Shown piece by piece: positions 24,623 through 37,992 of a DNA stretch of 64,000 nucleotides. The notes beneath the pieces are model-generated. The model ran no database searches and was not told the DNA's origin. It saw only the letters and a list, made by a program, of their open reading frames with translations. Source of the DNA: Gnetum montanum (taxonomy: Eukaryota; Plantae; Gnetophyta); contig MNCI01003473.1 of the NCBI GenBank assembly GCA_015680685.1, positions 266,898 through 330,897 of the forward strand, in the 5' to 3' direction. Position 1 is the stretch's first letter, and each line of letters begins with the position of its first letter. Position numbers and translations under genes: made by a program.

Positions 24623-27600
24623 ATGGCTTGGATTTGTGAGAAACATCAAAGATTGGTACATGATACTATTTCTTCTTCAAACATACCCAAGAAAAGAAAT
24701 AAGAAGATTTCAATGTCATCAGAAGAATCATCTTCATTACAAAACTCCAGAGGTCTAGAGGGTCAAAGTTCATTTTAGCAAGAAGTACACCAATCTCATA
24801 GGTAGATCCATAAACTCCTACAAGTATAAGCACTAGAATTCATATAGTAGCTAGACTTAATATTCTAGTTACTGTTACTACAAGTGGAAGTCAGTTTTTA
24901 GTCCTGTTTCCTAATGCTACTCAATATAATCAAGTATCCATGATTGTTGGTATGCCTATGGATTTTGGATTTGGTACATTGATTTTAAATTCTAAAAGTT
25001 AATTAGGTTCTACTCCATCAACATAATCAACTTTTCCCTTATCCACACAAATGGTTGGTCCATCTTCTTATCCTCAATTTGTTCCTTTACAAGTTCATGC
25101 TATGTACTATGCTAATATTCCTAAGAATCTTTTTGATATTCTTTGTCAACAATAATTACATCAATAACATTTACAAGCCAATAATCAGAATTTTTGAATG
25201 CTTTGACATAAGCTTCCCAATAGACATGGCCATCTCTAGCTACTCAATTGATTTCTCACTCTCTTCCTATTTCAAATCACATATCTATCACATCAAATAT
25301 TTTATCAATTGGAACAACTTTTTGTACATAAGCATTATCCTAATGTGGCTTAGATTCATCAACCAATAGCACAACTTATCATTCCTTTTAATCCACAACC
25401 TATTCCTATATCGGGTAACACAACTATTCAGCCACCAACACCATAAACTACATTTATGAAAGTACCTCAACAACCCTATTCTAACACCCAATAATTAATG
25501 CATATTTCTCAAACTTTCCAACCAATATTCAATGTACAGACTTCCCAAACACAATTTATGCCTCAACCACAAATTCCACATCAAGGATTACATCAAATAC
25601 CACACCCATTACCTCATCATTTAGTATCCACAAACCACCAATCAAATCAATTTTTACAATTCTAGATTCAAGTTTCTTATTAGGGAATGCTTTATCAACT
25701 TTAATTACAGGATTTAATGAGGAAATCAATAACTACTCTCTCCCCCCTTTTGTTACCTACTGCATAAGAGGTTGAGATTAAAAATTTATCAACATTTCCT
25801 CAATTCTATGATATAGATGATAAAGTCTCATATCATCATATATAATCATTTGAAATATTGATAGTCACATGTGGTAATAACATTACAGAACCTACTAAAA
25901 TGAGTGTTTTTCCTATTACGTTTAGAGATCATGCATTATCATGGTATAGATCATTAAAATAATATTCTCTTTAATTTTGGAAAGGTTTTGAGGATGAGTT
26001 TTTAAATTGATTTCTATCTTCTAAAAAAAATCCACTAATATAAGAAAAAACTTTTAGGATTTCAACAAAAAGAAAATGAAACTTATAAACAAGCCTATGA
26101 GCATTTTAAAGGCATTAGGGCAAGGAACCCTGATCATGCTTTTTGGGAATGTCAATTGATTTTTTCTTGATGGTTTCACATCTATCACATGATAGAGCCT
26201 TAATTTTTCTTATGTTGGTATGATTGTTAGAATGACACTAGAAGCAATGTTTGATGCTTTAGATCAAATAGTGGATCAGAGCAAAAGTTGGCCTATGAAT
26301 AAAAAAGCTAATATGTTATAGCATACCATGATGATAGTTTTGGAAAAAGAAATTGAGGATATTAATAATAAATTAATATTTCTATCTATGTCATCTAATG
26401 CAAGTGTGCAAGGTCAATTGTTCTAGTATCAACAACAAGCATCATCAATTCATACAAATGAGAAAGCTCATAACACTAACCAACCATAGGCTAGAGGTAT
26501 GGATTTTCCTTATGCTTGAGTAATTTGTAAAGATATTGATAACGCTACTCATGATTGTCCCATTTTACCCTTTATTGAAGAACAAGCTAATGTTATAGGT
26601 AGTCAAGGTGGATAAGGAAGAAGTGTAACTTCACAAGGTAGGGAATGCAATTTCAACCAAACCCAAATTTACTATTCATGTCCTCCTTTTCCACCCAATT
26701 ATCCAAATTATAATAATAATTTTAACCATTCTTGGAGACCTAATCAAAACCATGAGTTTCAATAGCAAATGCTACAACAAACTTTGCAATAAGAAAATGA
26801 TCACATAATTAGGCTTATTCAAGTATTACAACCTAAGGAAACATTACCAACATAAGTAGAATGAAATCCTAAGTATCAAGGAAGATAAGAATTACTTATG
26901 GCTTCATCATCCAATAGTGATCAATGAAATGTAGTGACTAGAAGTGGTATAGTTACTAATCTTCAAACTTCTTTTTAGAGGATTGTTGAGAAAAAGGAAC
27001 TAGAGGACGAAGTTGAAAACATATTTGCAAAGGAGTTTCCTATGAAGGAAGTGCCTAATCCAAATATTACTTCAGAGGAAAACATTAATTCTTCTTCTCT
27101 ATAGATACCTTTTCCTCATAGATTACAATCAAATGAGGTTGATGATGAGAATATTGAAAACCTTTTTAAAGATGTCACTCTACATGTTCCATTATTAAGA
27201 GCTACTGAAGATACCCTCAAATATGCTAAATGCCTTAAGGAGTTGTATTCTAGGAAAAAGAAAATTAAAATACCTAAGAATGTTACCCTTGTTGAAAATA
27301 TTACAAATATTTTAAAGGCTAAGATGCCTAAAAGGTAACATATCTTGGTAGTCCTATGATTTCTTGCATGATTTATAATAGCAAATTTCATCATGTGTTA
27401 CTGGATCTAAGGACTTGTGTAAATATTATGCCATTTTAGATTTATCAGTTATTGGGTTATGATCATATTAGACCTGCTATTATTACTATTTCTTTGGCTA
27501 ATGGGTCTACTATTTATCCAAAAGGTATTTCTAAGGATATATTGGTTTAGGTAGATAAACCATTGTACGCTACTGATTTCATTGTGTTAGATTATTATGC

Positions 27601-29581
27601 ATCCTCATTGAATAATGTTTATCCTTTAATTTTAGGGAGGCCTATGTTGGTAACTATGAATGTAGTTATTTATGTAAAAACTAGATTGATGACTTTAACA
27701 TTTTTAAATATGAGTTTTTCAGTCAATCTATATAACTTGAATAATCAATTTTAATTTGATAAGCTTAATATGATCAATGTTGTGGTAGAAAACATGGTTT
27801 TTTCAAAATTATGCAATTAGGATGAGGCACATCAAGTATTAACATTAGAAGAATATAAAGAGATAACTAGGGATGATCAAAGATAGCTCTTATGTACTCA
27901 AGTGGAAGATGCTTTAGATGGTGAGAATTTGTTTAAATTTTAGAATTATTCTTTTGATGCAAGTGATGAGAAAGTAACTTTAGATTTGAAGGAACTTCCT
28001 CCTCACTTAAAATATATTTATGCTAATAACAATAAACCCTTAATTATTAGTTCAAGATTAACTACTGATCAGGAACAAAGATTCATACATGTTATAACAA
28101 ATGTTCTTAAATCTTTTTCTTGGTCACCTTTGAATCTTAAGTAGGGGATTTCTTCATCCATTGTTTAGCATCATATCCATTTGAAGGCTTAGGCTATACC
28201 ATGGCAACAACCATGTAGGAGACTAAACTTAGCTTTGAAACAAGCAATAAAAGATGAAATTTTGAAATTTTTTCAAATAGGTATTATTTATTTGATTTCG
28301 AATTCTGAGTGGGTTAGCCCTATTACAATTGTACCTAAAAAGGCTAGTAAGTGATGTGTTTGTATTTATTTTTAAGAATTAAATAAATGGACAAGCAAGG
28401 ATCACTTTCCACTTCCATATTTAGATCAAGTTGTAGACAAACTTAAAGGGCATGAATTTTATTCTTTTCTTGGTGGTTTTATTTGTTATAATTAGATTTC
28501 AATTAGTTTGAAAGATCAACATAAAATAATATTTACTACATCATGAAGGACTTTTTAATTTTGATGTATGCCTTTTGGGTTGTGTAATCCTCCTGCTACA
28601 TTTCAAAGGACTATGACATTTGTATTTTTAGATATGATTGAATCATTTCTTGAAGTTTTCATGGATGATTTTATAGTCTACAGTGATTCATTCTTTGATG
28701 TCTTACATCATCTTGAATTAGTCTTGCATAGGTGTATTGATAAGGGTCTTAGATTATCTTGCGAGAAGTGCCATTCATGGTCTCTTTTGATGTTGTGTTA
28801 GGCCACATTATGAGTAAAATGGAATTTCTATAGATCCTAAAAAATAAAAGTTATTTCCCATCTTGCTTCCATTAATGTGAAAGGTTTATGTGCATTTCTA
28901 GGACATCCTAGTTTTTATAGATCATTAAACTTAATCATTGGTAAAACTATGATAGAAAGAAGTTGTTTTTAAATGGATTGAAGATTGCCAAAAGGTATTT
29001 GAAACCTTGAAATTAGAGCTTTCTTTAGCACCAATATTATAGGAACCTTATTGGAGCAAAGCTTTTGAGCTTATGACACATGCCTTGGATTTTTCAATTG
29101 GAGCCATATTGGATCAACAAAAAGATAATGGTTCATATGTTATTTATTATATTTCTAAGATATTAACCACTACTCAAATTAATTATACTGCTACTAAAAA
29201 AGAGATGTTAGTAGTTGTGTATAGCTTAGATAAATTTCACCATTACTTAACTAGTTTTCATACTATAGTATTTACTAATCATGCTACCTTTAAATACTTG
29301 CATAATAAACGAACTAAAATTCCAAGATTAATTTGTTAGTATATTTTTGCTACAAGAATTGAATTTAATGATTCGTAATAAGAAGGGCTCTAAAAATTTA
29401 GAGATAGAGCATTTGTCCATATTAGAGCATAATGTAGCTTTGGAGACATCTTAAACCTTTAACGATTCATTTCTAGATAAGCACTTGTTTTCTTGTTGAG
29501 CAAGGGATATTATCCCTAAGCTTATAAACCCTTGGTATGCAAATATTACTAATTATTTAGTAATATGCAAACTACCAAAGC
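24623..29581 (+). pseudogene. pol: gag-PR-RT-RNase H of element E
   Basis: LLDLRTCVNIMP protease, LILGRP, WVSPI, MPFGLCNPPATFQR..LEVFMDDF, NYTATKKEML motifs with many stops. Confidence 0.92.
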
Positions 29582-30374
29582 TGATGGGATGCGATATCGC
29601 ATGGGCCGCGATATCGCGTCTTCCCCTACGATATCACAGTACGTCATCAAATCTATAAATAAGAGGCAGCTCTCCCTTGTTTCTCTATCTAGATCTAGAC
29701 CCTTAGCGAAAATCTGGTAGTTTTACCTCTCCAGATAGAATAATTTCCATGTGCCCACAATAGGAGCTCCAAAGTGAACGAATCTTTATTTGAGCAATTT
29801 TGTACCTGAACGCACAATTGTGTATGGCAATAAAGACAGATTGTTGGATAAACCTTGCAGTGCATGGAATAGGCTAAATAGGACTTTAATTATTGTTATT
29901 TATTTTTCATCATTTAAATGCTTTATTAGTCAATTAAATCTCTCTCAACCCTTCTCCCATAGTTAAGTGCATTCAGTATGACCGCCTCGAGCACATGTGT
30001 TACGCTTGGTAATCCCAGTAACGAATAGCGTTTGGTAATCCTAAAAGGTTGCATTGGTTCAGGGTGTGAATGGTAAGTGGGAACGGATACTGATGCTAGG
30101 CATTAGAACTTAGTTAGTTAAAGTTAGTTACTTAGTCTCTTCACCCCTTTCCCTCATTAGCATAGGCGATAAAACATAAAAGATATAAAAATCACATACC
30201 TTAGACTTACTTAACCACACAACCGTGACAAATACAAGTCTGGGAAGGTAATGAACGATTAACCTTAAGTGTTCTATAAGGTGTGTAGGTACTTAGTCTA
30301 TGGAGTTCGACCGGATCATGCATGTAACGCTTGTATTCATATGGTTGAGCGTAGGGGTACCTTGCCACTCATCA
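29582..30374 (+). repeat. 5' LTR of element F
   Basis: TGAT...ATCA; palindromic GCGATATCGC repeats then TATAAATA at ~29654. Confidence 0.97.
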
Positions 30375-30393
30375 TTGGCACCGTTGCCAAGGA
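30375..30393 (+). promoter_or_regulatory. Primer binding site of F (Athila-type TGGCGCCGTTGCC consensus)
   Basis: TTGGCACCGTTGCCAAGGA directly after the LTR. Confidence 0.9.
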
Positions 30394-30519
30394 CTAAGTT
30401 GTTTGTGCGCTAAGTAGAATATAGGAAATCATCCACATCATTAGGAAGCTTAAATGAACCCTTAGAATTAATCATAAGAAAATTTAAATAATGGTCAATA
30501 GCACACCAACAAGATAACA

Positions 30520-33100
30520 ATGTCTTCTTCTTCTCATAAAGCACTTCAGCACCTAGGGATCACACAAGAGATAGTCGGTGGTCTAACACACGTAACCCAG
30601 ATTCGCCAGTTCCTCAAGAGTATCAGGTAGTGTATACTCATCACGATGAGTATATACCCGATTTTACCTTTATCCTCCATTAGGAAGAACAACTATGTTG
30701 GCGAGACTTGCAAGGTAACATAGTGTTACCCCCAAATCAGGCAATCCCTAACATGCTCCTTCATGCTCTTACACAGATAGACATGATGCAGCTATACACT
30801 GAATATGTTGTAGAAGATTATGACACAAGGGACTACCATCCCATAGAATTGCAACGTCAATGAGACTTGTGACAGGAGAGTCACCACACATTGTTGAAGG
30901 GCAAAGGCCCCCGTAATGCTTCACCTGTCATAAGAGAAATTAAGGGTGGTGAACCTATCTCAATAGCTTCTTCACAAAATGATGTTCCCCCTCCTAACGA
31001 TAGTGAGGAGGTGGGGTATCAGAACCTGTGCTCCATGATACACAACCTTGGTTCTAATTCCCATGAACACCAAGTGTTCACTAAGGGAACACAAGCACAA
31101 GATAAGGGTAAGCATTCTTATTGTCATCATGATCGAGGCCGTACCCACTGAAGAGAAGGTAAGAAACATCATCATGGTGATGGTTTCCCTTCTTCATCCC
31201 CTTCATCGCATCATTCACCCTCTCCTTCCACATCAAGATGCAGTCACAAAGAGCACAACAGTGAGGATAAGGGTAAGCAAAATGAGAGACCTCGATGAGA
31301 GAGGCGAGAGCGAGGATGAGGGCATTCTAGAGAGTCAAGGCATAGAAGGGAAAGTAGGGAACCACGTAGGCATCATAGACGTCATGAGAGAGATTATCAT
31401 GATGAACCCCTACTAGCAACCCAAAGTATGTTAGACATTACGGAGGTTGTGAGAATAACTACAAGGCATCAAAAAGATAGCCGGATCAAGAGACTAGACA
31501 TGAACAATATCCCACGGTTTGAGGGGGGATACAATGCTGATCTACAAAATCACTTACAGGAATTCCACGATCCCTGCACCTTGAAAAATATTGAAAATGA
31601 GTGGAAAATGTTAAAGTTGTTTCCTAGGGCACTCATAAAAGAAACAGAGAGTTGGTACCAATCCTTAGAGTTGGAAACCATTAGGAGGTGAAGTACAATG
31701 CTAGAATTGTTCAACGATAAATACCAAACATACTCCAGAGTGTCCTACCTACGTAAGCAAATCCAAGGATGGAAGTAGGGTACTCATGAACCCTTGGATG
31801 CTACCATGGGTTGATATTATGCATTACTGCATCATTGCCCAGGCCATGGTTACGCACAACGGGATCAACTCTACCACCTCGTAGATGGGCTAAGACATGA
31901 AACTAGAAGAACCCTTGGAACATATGCCCAAGGGAGATTATTAGAACTTAGGTCCCATGAAATTCATCGATTGTTGGAGCAAGTAGCTAAAGAAGAAGGG
32001 GAGCTATGAAAAAGAGAAAGTGCAAAAGAGTACAACCGCGATACTTCCCTCTGAAAGAGGGGAGTAAGATTCTGTGAGGAAGAGGATGAGTCATCACTCG
32101 AAGAGTTGGTGAATAGAAAAAACTTTCCACTTCATAAATAACAACAGAAGTGTCAGCTAAGGTAGATGAAATATGGAGCTCCTTAGATAGTAAAATTAAA
32201 ACTATCCTAAAAATTGTAGAGGAGTCTAAGGAGGAACGAAGTAGTAACCATGATAAGAAAAAGCAGAGAGATTTAGACCATGCACGTAACAAGGGTAAGG
32301 GAAAAATGACTATCACCAATGAGGTTGTGGATTCTAACACAGATAATGACAGTGGATGTGAGATCTACCAATATGACCATCCTAAAGTATGTTGCCCAAT
32401 AATCTCACATTTGCAAGAGTCTGGGGTGTATGCACTCAACCCAAGACTTAACAAACGGCAAGCACCCTGAAGGTTAACTTATCCCCAAGGTAACCTAAGG
32501 CGGTTCCACCAACCGTTAACATATTATCCAAGTGGAACTTTGCCGCAACCTATCAAGCAACACTAGTAGTGGCAACACCCATAGTCATGGGGGATACCAC
32601 TGCCTAGGCAACAATACCCTTACTAGTAATCAGACCCATATGGCTATTACGTGCAGCAGCCGATTTCTCCAAGTGACTCTATGGGTCACGTAACTCCACA
32701 ATGTCACTACCAAGTTTGGGAGCATTTTAGGACTCCTTCTCCTATGGGAGACACTACACATGCATACCATCCTTCAAATCCATCCGCACCTCTTACACCT
32801 GTAGCTCCACCACCAACTGCTCCAACAATGCCAAGGGTATTTCCCACTCAACCGCAACAACCCAATGTCACGAGGCCATCCAATCCTCAATTCTTAGTTG
32901 GTTCTGACAATCTTATGCCAAAAAGACCTTTCTTCAAAACCAACAATCCAATTAAGCCCTCACCCTCACAAGCAGTTGAACATCTAAACACCTCCATACC
33001 AAATAAAGTTTCGAGACCTTCTTCAACCAAAAGTCAAGCTCAACGCACACGGTTATGTTGACACATACCATTACAAATTGGATTAAGATGGGCCACCTTC
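30520..33100 (+). pseudogene. gag: gag of element F
   Basis: NNIPRFEGGYNAD..HLQEF..KLFPRAL..ESWYQSL retrotransposon gag core; CEIYQYDHPKVCCP knuckle; R/E/H-rich and P/Q-rich linkers. Confidence 0.9.
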
Positions 33101-36100
33101 CCAAGAAATTCTCTGATCCTAGAAGTCCCCTCATTTATCTCCAAGTCACTGGGAATGAACCTTGTAAGGCTCTTCTAGACTCAAGTTCCAGAGTCAACCT
33201 AATATCGTAGGAGATGTACAAAGCTTGGAACCTACCTCCATTAAGGAAGAGTAACATTTGACTTGAGCTGGTCGACCAGTCCATCACTATCCCCTTGGGA
33301 TTGGTGGAGGACATCGTTACCACTTTTTTTGGGTGGTTGTATCCAGTGGATTTCCTAGTGATTCAAGTAACTAACAATAAGGGGAACTTCCCAGTAATAA
33401 TGGGAAGAGTGTGGCTAAGTACGATAGATGCATGCCTAGGAATCCAATATTTTTTCCTGGAAATATCCAAGAAAAATACTTTCAGAAATATCAAGAGGAA
33501 GAAAGTTCCATGCATCACATACAGTGACATTGGGTGCCATTGCGTGCAAAAATTATGGGTTATGCAAACTTTAGCATTGCCTGCATGCGATCGATGTGCA
33601 CAAGAAGTTAATATAAAAAGGTGCCTATATGCAACAGCCACACGACAAGAGGACACCCTATGGCTAATGGCTGATCAAGAGAGTGACTCAATAACATGCA
33701 TGGAATTAACTGAGGGAATAACTAGTGCTTATATTAGAAGCACATACACACTTGAGCAAGTTCGTTGCCAACTCCCCAAACTTAGCCTCGAAAACATCAA
33801 CTGGGGAAAGTTGGAAATTCCTAAGAAATTTAAACAAGAGCCCTTCGATCTGAAACCATTGCCCACTAGTCTAGAGTATATGACTCTTGAAAATGGAAAA
33901 CCAGTAATTATCAATGCAAAACTTGTCCCCAAGCAAAAATAAAACCTATTCAAAGTGATCAATAAATGGTCAAAATCCTTTGCTTGGTCATATCTTGAGC
34001 TAACCGGAATAGACCCTAGGATATGCCAACATAGGATTTACACAAACCCCTCCATGAACCCTCAAAAACAACCACAAAAGCGATTGAACCCAAAATTGAA
34101 ACAAGTAGTAAAAGAAGACATAGAACAGCTCCTCAAGGCCGGGTTCATATATCCCATTGCTAATAGTGAATGGGTTAGTCCTCTAGTAATTTTGCTTAAG
34201 AAGGGAGGCAAATGGAGGTTATGTATAGATTTTAGGCTACTGAACATGGCAACATTAAAAGATCATTTTCCATTGTCGTTCATCGACCAAGTCTTGGACA
34301 CTATAGCGGGGCATCGCTATTATAGTTTTCTAGATGGGTATAGTGGATATAATCAAATACGAATAGCACCAGAAGATCAAGACAAAACAACATTCACCAA
34401 TCCCTGGGGAACGTTCGCATATAAGCAAATGTCATTTAGCTTGTGTAATGCCTCTTACACGTTCCAACATTTAGTCCTAAGTATATTTCAATAACAGATA
34501 GGAAACAGAGTGGAAGTCTTTATGGATGACTTCTCCAGTTATGGGACAAGCTTTGATCAAGCCTTAGACTGATTAGAGCAAGTGCTAAAATGATGTGTTG
34601 AAACCAACCTAAAGCTCAACTAGCAGAAAAGCCACTTGATGGTTCAAGAGGATGTAGTATTGGGGCATAAGATTTCACAGTCAGGAATAGAGGTGGACCC
34701 AAAAAAGGTTAAAGTCATCCAAGGAATCACCTGACAACCAGAAACTGTCAAAGACATTTAGTCATTCCTTGGACACACTGACTACTACAAGAGATTCATC
34801 GAGAACTTCTCAAAAATTGCCAAACCATTGGTGGAATTAATGAAGAAGGATGTACCATTCGAATGGACCAGGGAATGTGAACGAGCATTTCAAATTCCAA
34901 AAAAAAGGCTTGTGGAACCTCCCATTCTATAAGCCCCTGACTAGTCTAGACCATTCCATATCATGATTGATGCATCTAATTATGCCTTAGGAGCCATACT
35001 GACATAGTTAGATGAACAAAAACGCCCTTATTACATCCATTGTGCAAGTAAGAGTATCACCGGTGCACAACTCAACTACACAACTACGGAAAAGGAATTA
35101 ATGGTTGTAGTGTTTGCACTGGACAAATTTAGGCACTATGTGCTAGGCTCCAAAGTTTATATTCATATGGATCATAGTGCAATTAAGTTCCTCATGAACA
35201 ATCCAACGGTTAGCCCTCGTATTATACATTGGTTGGTAATCCTTCAGGAGTTTGACTTAATAATAGTAGAGCAAAAGGACACCAAGAATGTAGTCGTAGA
35301 TCACTTATCTCGGTTGCACTAGGATAGCAAAGAGGATGAATATGCCATATCTTATCATTTTCCTGATGAAACCCTCTTTGCCGGTGTAGTGAATAACCAA
35401 CCCACGGGCACGAATTGGTATAGTAGCATTCTCACTTATCTCCTTTCCCAAAAAACACCACAGGGGTTGGACTTTAGGAAGAAGCAACAGTTTCTTCTCA
35501 AAACCAAGTACTTCATGGAGATCAAAGGATAACTTTATAAAGTCTATCCTAATGGCTTGGTTTGATGGTGTGTACCCAATGTGGACCAACTAAGAGTTCT
35601 CTAGGATGCTCATGAGGGTCCTTGTGGGGGTCACTATGCAAGGAGACGAATGACTATAAAGATCCTGCTTGCAGGATATTACTGGCCAACACTATTTCAG
35701 GATGCCCATCATTTTGTCCAATCCTATGAGCATTGTCAACATGATGGTGGAATGACTCCAAGAATGGAGGGTTTGCAATAATGGATTCAACCTTTGGAAT
35801 CCTTCGACATCTGGGGAATAGACTTCATGGGGCCCATTACACCAATGTCCAATGGAAAAGCATATATCATTGTTGCTATTAACTATCTAACAAAATGGGC
35901 TAAAGTAGCTGCTGTAATAGATTGCACATCATCTACAGCTACACGATTTGTACAACAACAAGTCGTTAATAGGTTTGGTGTGCCGTGTGCACTCATTTCG
36001 AATAACAGAACACATTTCACAAGTCGTTAATAGGTTTGGTGTGCCGTGTGCAATGCTTAGAGGTTGAACATAAATTGACTACACCTTATCACCCCCAAGC

Positions 36101-36770
36101 TAATGGCCAAGCTGAGGTCACTAATCAAGAGATCACTAGAATACTAACAAGGACAATTAGCAAGTATAGGAGAGATTAGAGCACTAAACTGAATGATGCT
36201 CTCTGGGCATCCGGCTCCACTTGGAAACTCCCTACAAGCTACTCTCCCTATGAGTTGGTGTATGGGAAACTCCCAAAGCTTTCAATTTAGACCGAGCTCC
36301 ATACACTGTCCATGGCATGTGACCTCCACCTTGACCTTGATCTAGCACAAAAACAAAGATTGACAACTTTAAACGTGCTAGACGAGAATTTATTGGTTGC
36401 CCTATCATCAAACAAGTTGCACAAGGCACATAACAAGCAACGTCATGACTTAAGAATTCGAAGGGTTAAGTACCAACCCCAAGATAGGGTCCTTTATTGG
36501 AACCCCATGCATGTACCACAATGTATGAAATTCCAAACATTGTTGGAAGGACCTTACATTATTCACATAATCTTTCCCTTAGGAGCCATGAAAATATACA
36601 AGCCTAAAAGCCCTGATAAGAAGTTACTGGTCAATATGAAACAAACAAAACCTTTCCATGAACCAAGAACAGCCAATTTAAATTACACCTTTGATAACAG
36701 ACAACCTCACTCGTTATTTCATATCTCCCCCTTTCAATTTAGTCATGGGGGAGATGGCCACCTGTACTAA
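33100..36770 (+). pseudogene. pol: pol (PR-RT-RH-INT) of element F
   Basis: [66 protein letters not shown]; many in-frame stops. Confidence 0.97.
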
Positions 36771-36999
36771 TCATTTGAGGCCCTCATTTTTTTAAGTTTT
36801 TGTTTTACACATTTTTTTTTTATAAATTTCTTTAACTTTTCTTGTTTTTTTTTACAACATCGTTCATACTTTTTTTTTTTATTTGTGTGTATGTGTGTGT
36901 CTTATCCATTTTGTTAAGTTTGTCACCCAATAAGTACTCTTAATGATGGTATGAACTATTTCCTATTGATTGCTAATGTTTGGTTTTTACCTTTAAGTT

Positions 37000-37992
37000 A
37001 TGATGTTGATACTAAGGTATGGTTCTTTTGATATTGCAGGCAATGAGTTCACATCACCCATGCATCCACAAATCTCTATGGTCTCTCTTGGCTTGGAACT
37101 GTACAATCCCTTTCTTCAAAATAATAAGAACTATCAGCAAATCATTGACTGGGCATTTCTCAAACTAAGAAAGGACTCAAGGTTGAATAGGGTGTGACTT
37201 CAAGGGGATTGGATGCTTTTGTGTTGGCCATTCTCTAGGGTGCTTGGATGTTTTCTTCTTGAGTTTTCTTACCGTTCTAATGTTGCCACATTATTGGGAA
37301 GCTGAGCAAAGAAAAAAAACAAAGTCTTTGCATGGTGTGGTTCTCACATATAAACACACACAAAAATAGAGCAATGGAAATTCAAAGCACACCCCTTAGA
37401 TGCAATAATCATCTAGGCTACAAGCACTAGTTATGGAACTAAAATAACATGTTTCCTCTAACTAAGGCCCTTCTCGATTTCCATTCTCTCCTCCTTCGTT
37501 TCGTTGGAATGGTGGTGGCTCTTTAGTGAAGGCATTCTTGTTACTTCAAGTGGATGTATTGGCCGAATGCATTAATGCGAAGTCACTGGATGTGGTTTGT
37601 TTGAGGCCAGACTTGGAATGGGATCTACTAAGTCACATTAATCATTAACTACACAAGGGGTTGTACATCACCTTGTTCTTGAGATTCCATTCCATTCTCT
37701 TCTTTCCATCATTCTTCATCCATTTTCCACCTCATTGTTAGTTGTATCATTATTGTATATTTTGGTTGATGCATTGTTTTCTTTTTGGTAAATTCTTGTG
37801 GTTAAGACTTTAACTCTTATTTCAAATGACATTTCCAGAGCCTACGAACTCTTCGAATGTGGGTTTGTCATGGCATTATGGGCATCAGCCTGCTTTGTGG
37901 AGGATCCATTAGCATTCCTATTTGGTGCACTAGTTAAATTTTTTCCCTTAACATTTTTGCAATCCACTCTATTTTGTTCATTTCCATCTTGA
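37000..37992 (+). pseudogene. Conserved post-pol segment (probable extra ORF-X) of F
   Basis: ORFs 37000-37197 and 37798-37992 and the intervening VFAWCGSH..HPLD..TSYG..LEWWW all lie in frame +1; motifs shared with D and G. Confidence 0.55.

Noticed and set aside
31987-35589. Minus-strand ORFs overlapping F gag-pol (also 27116-27394 and 59969-60199)
   Set aside because: Antisense shadows of decayed pol/gag frames with no independent motifs.
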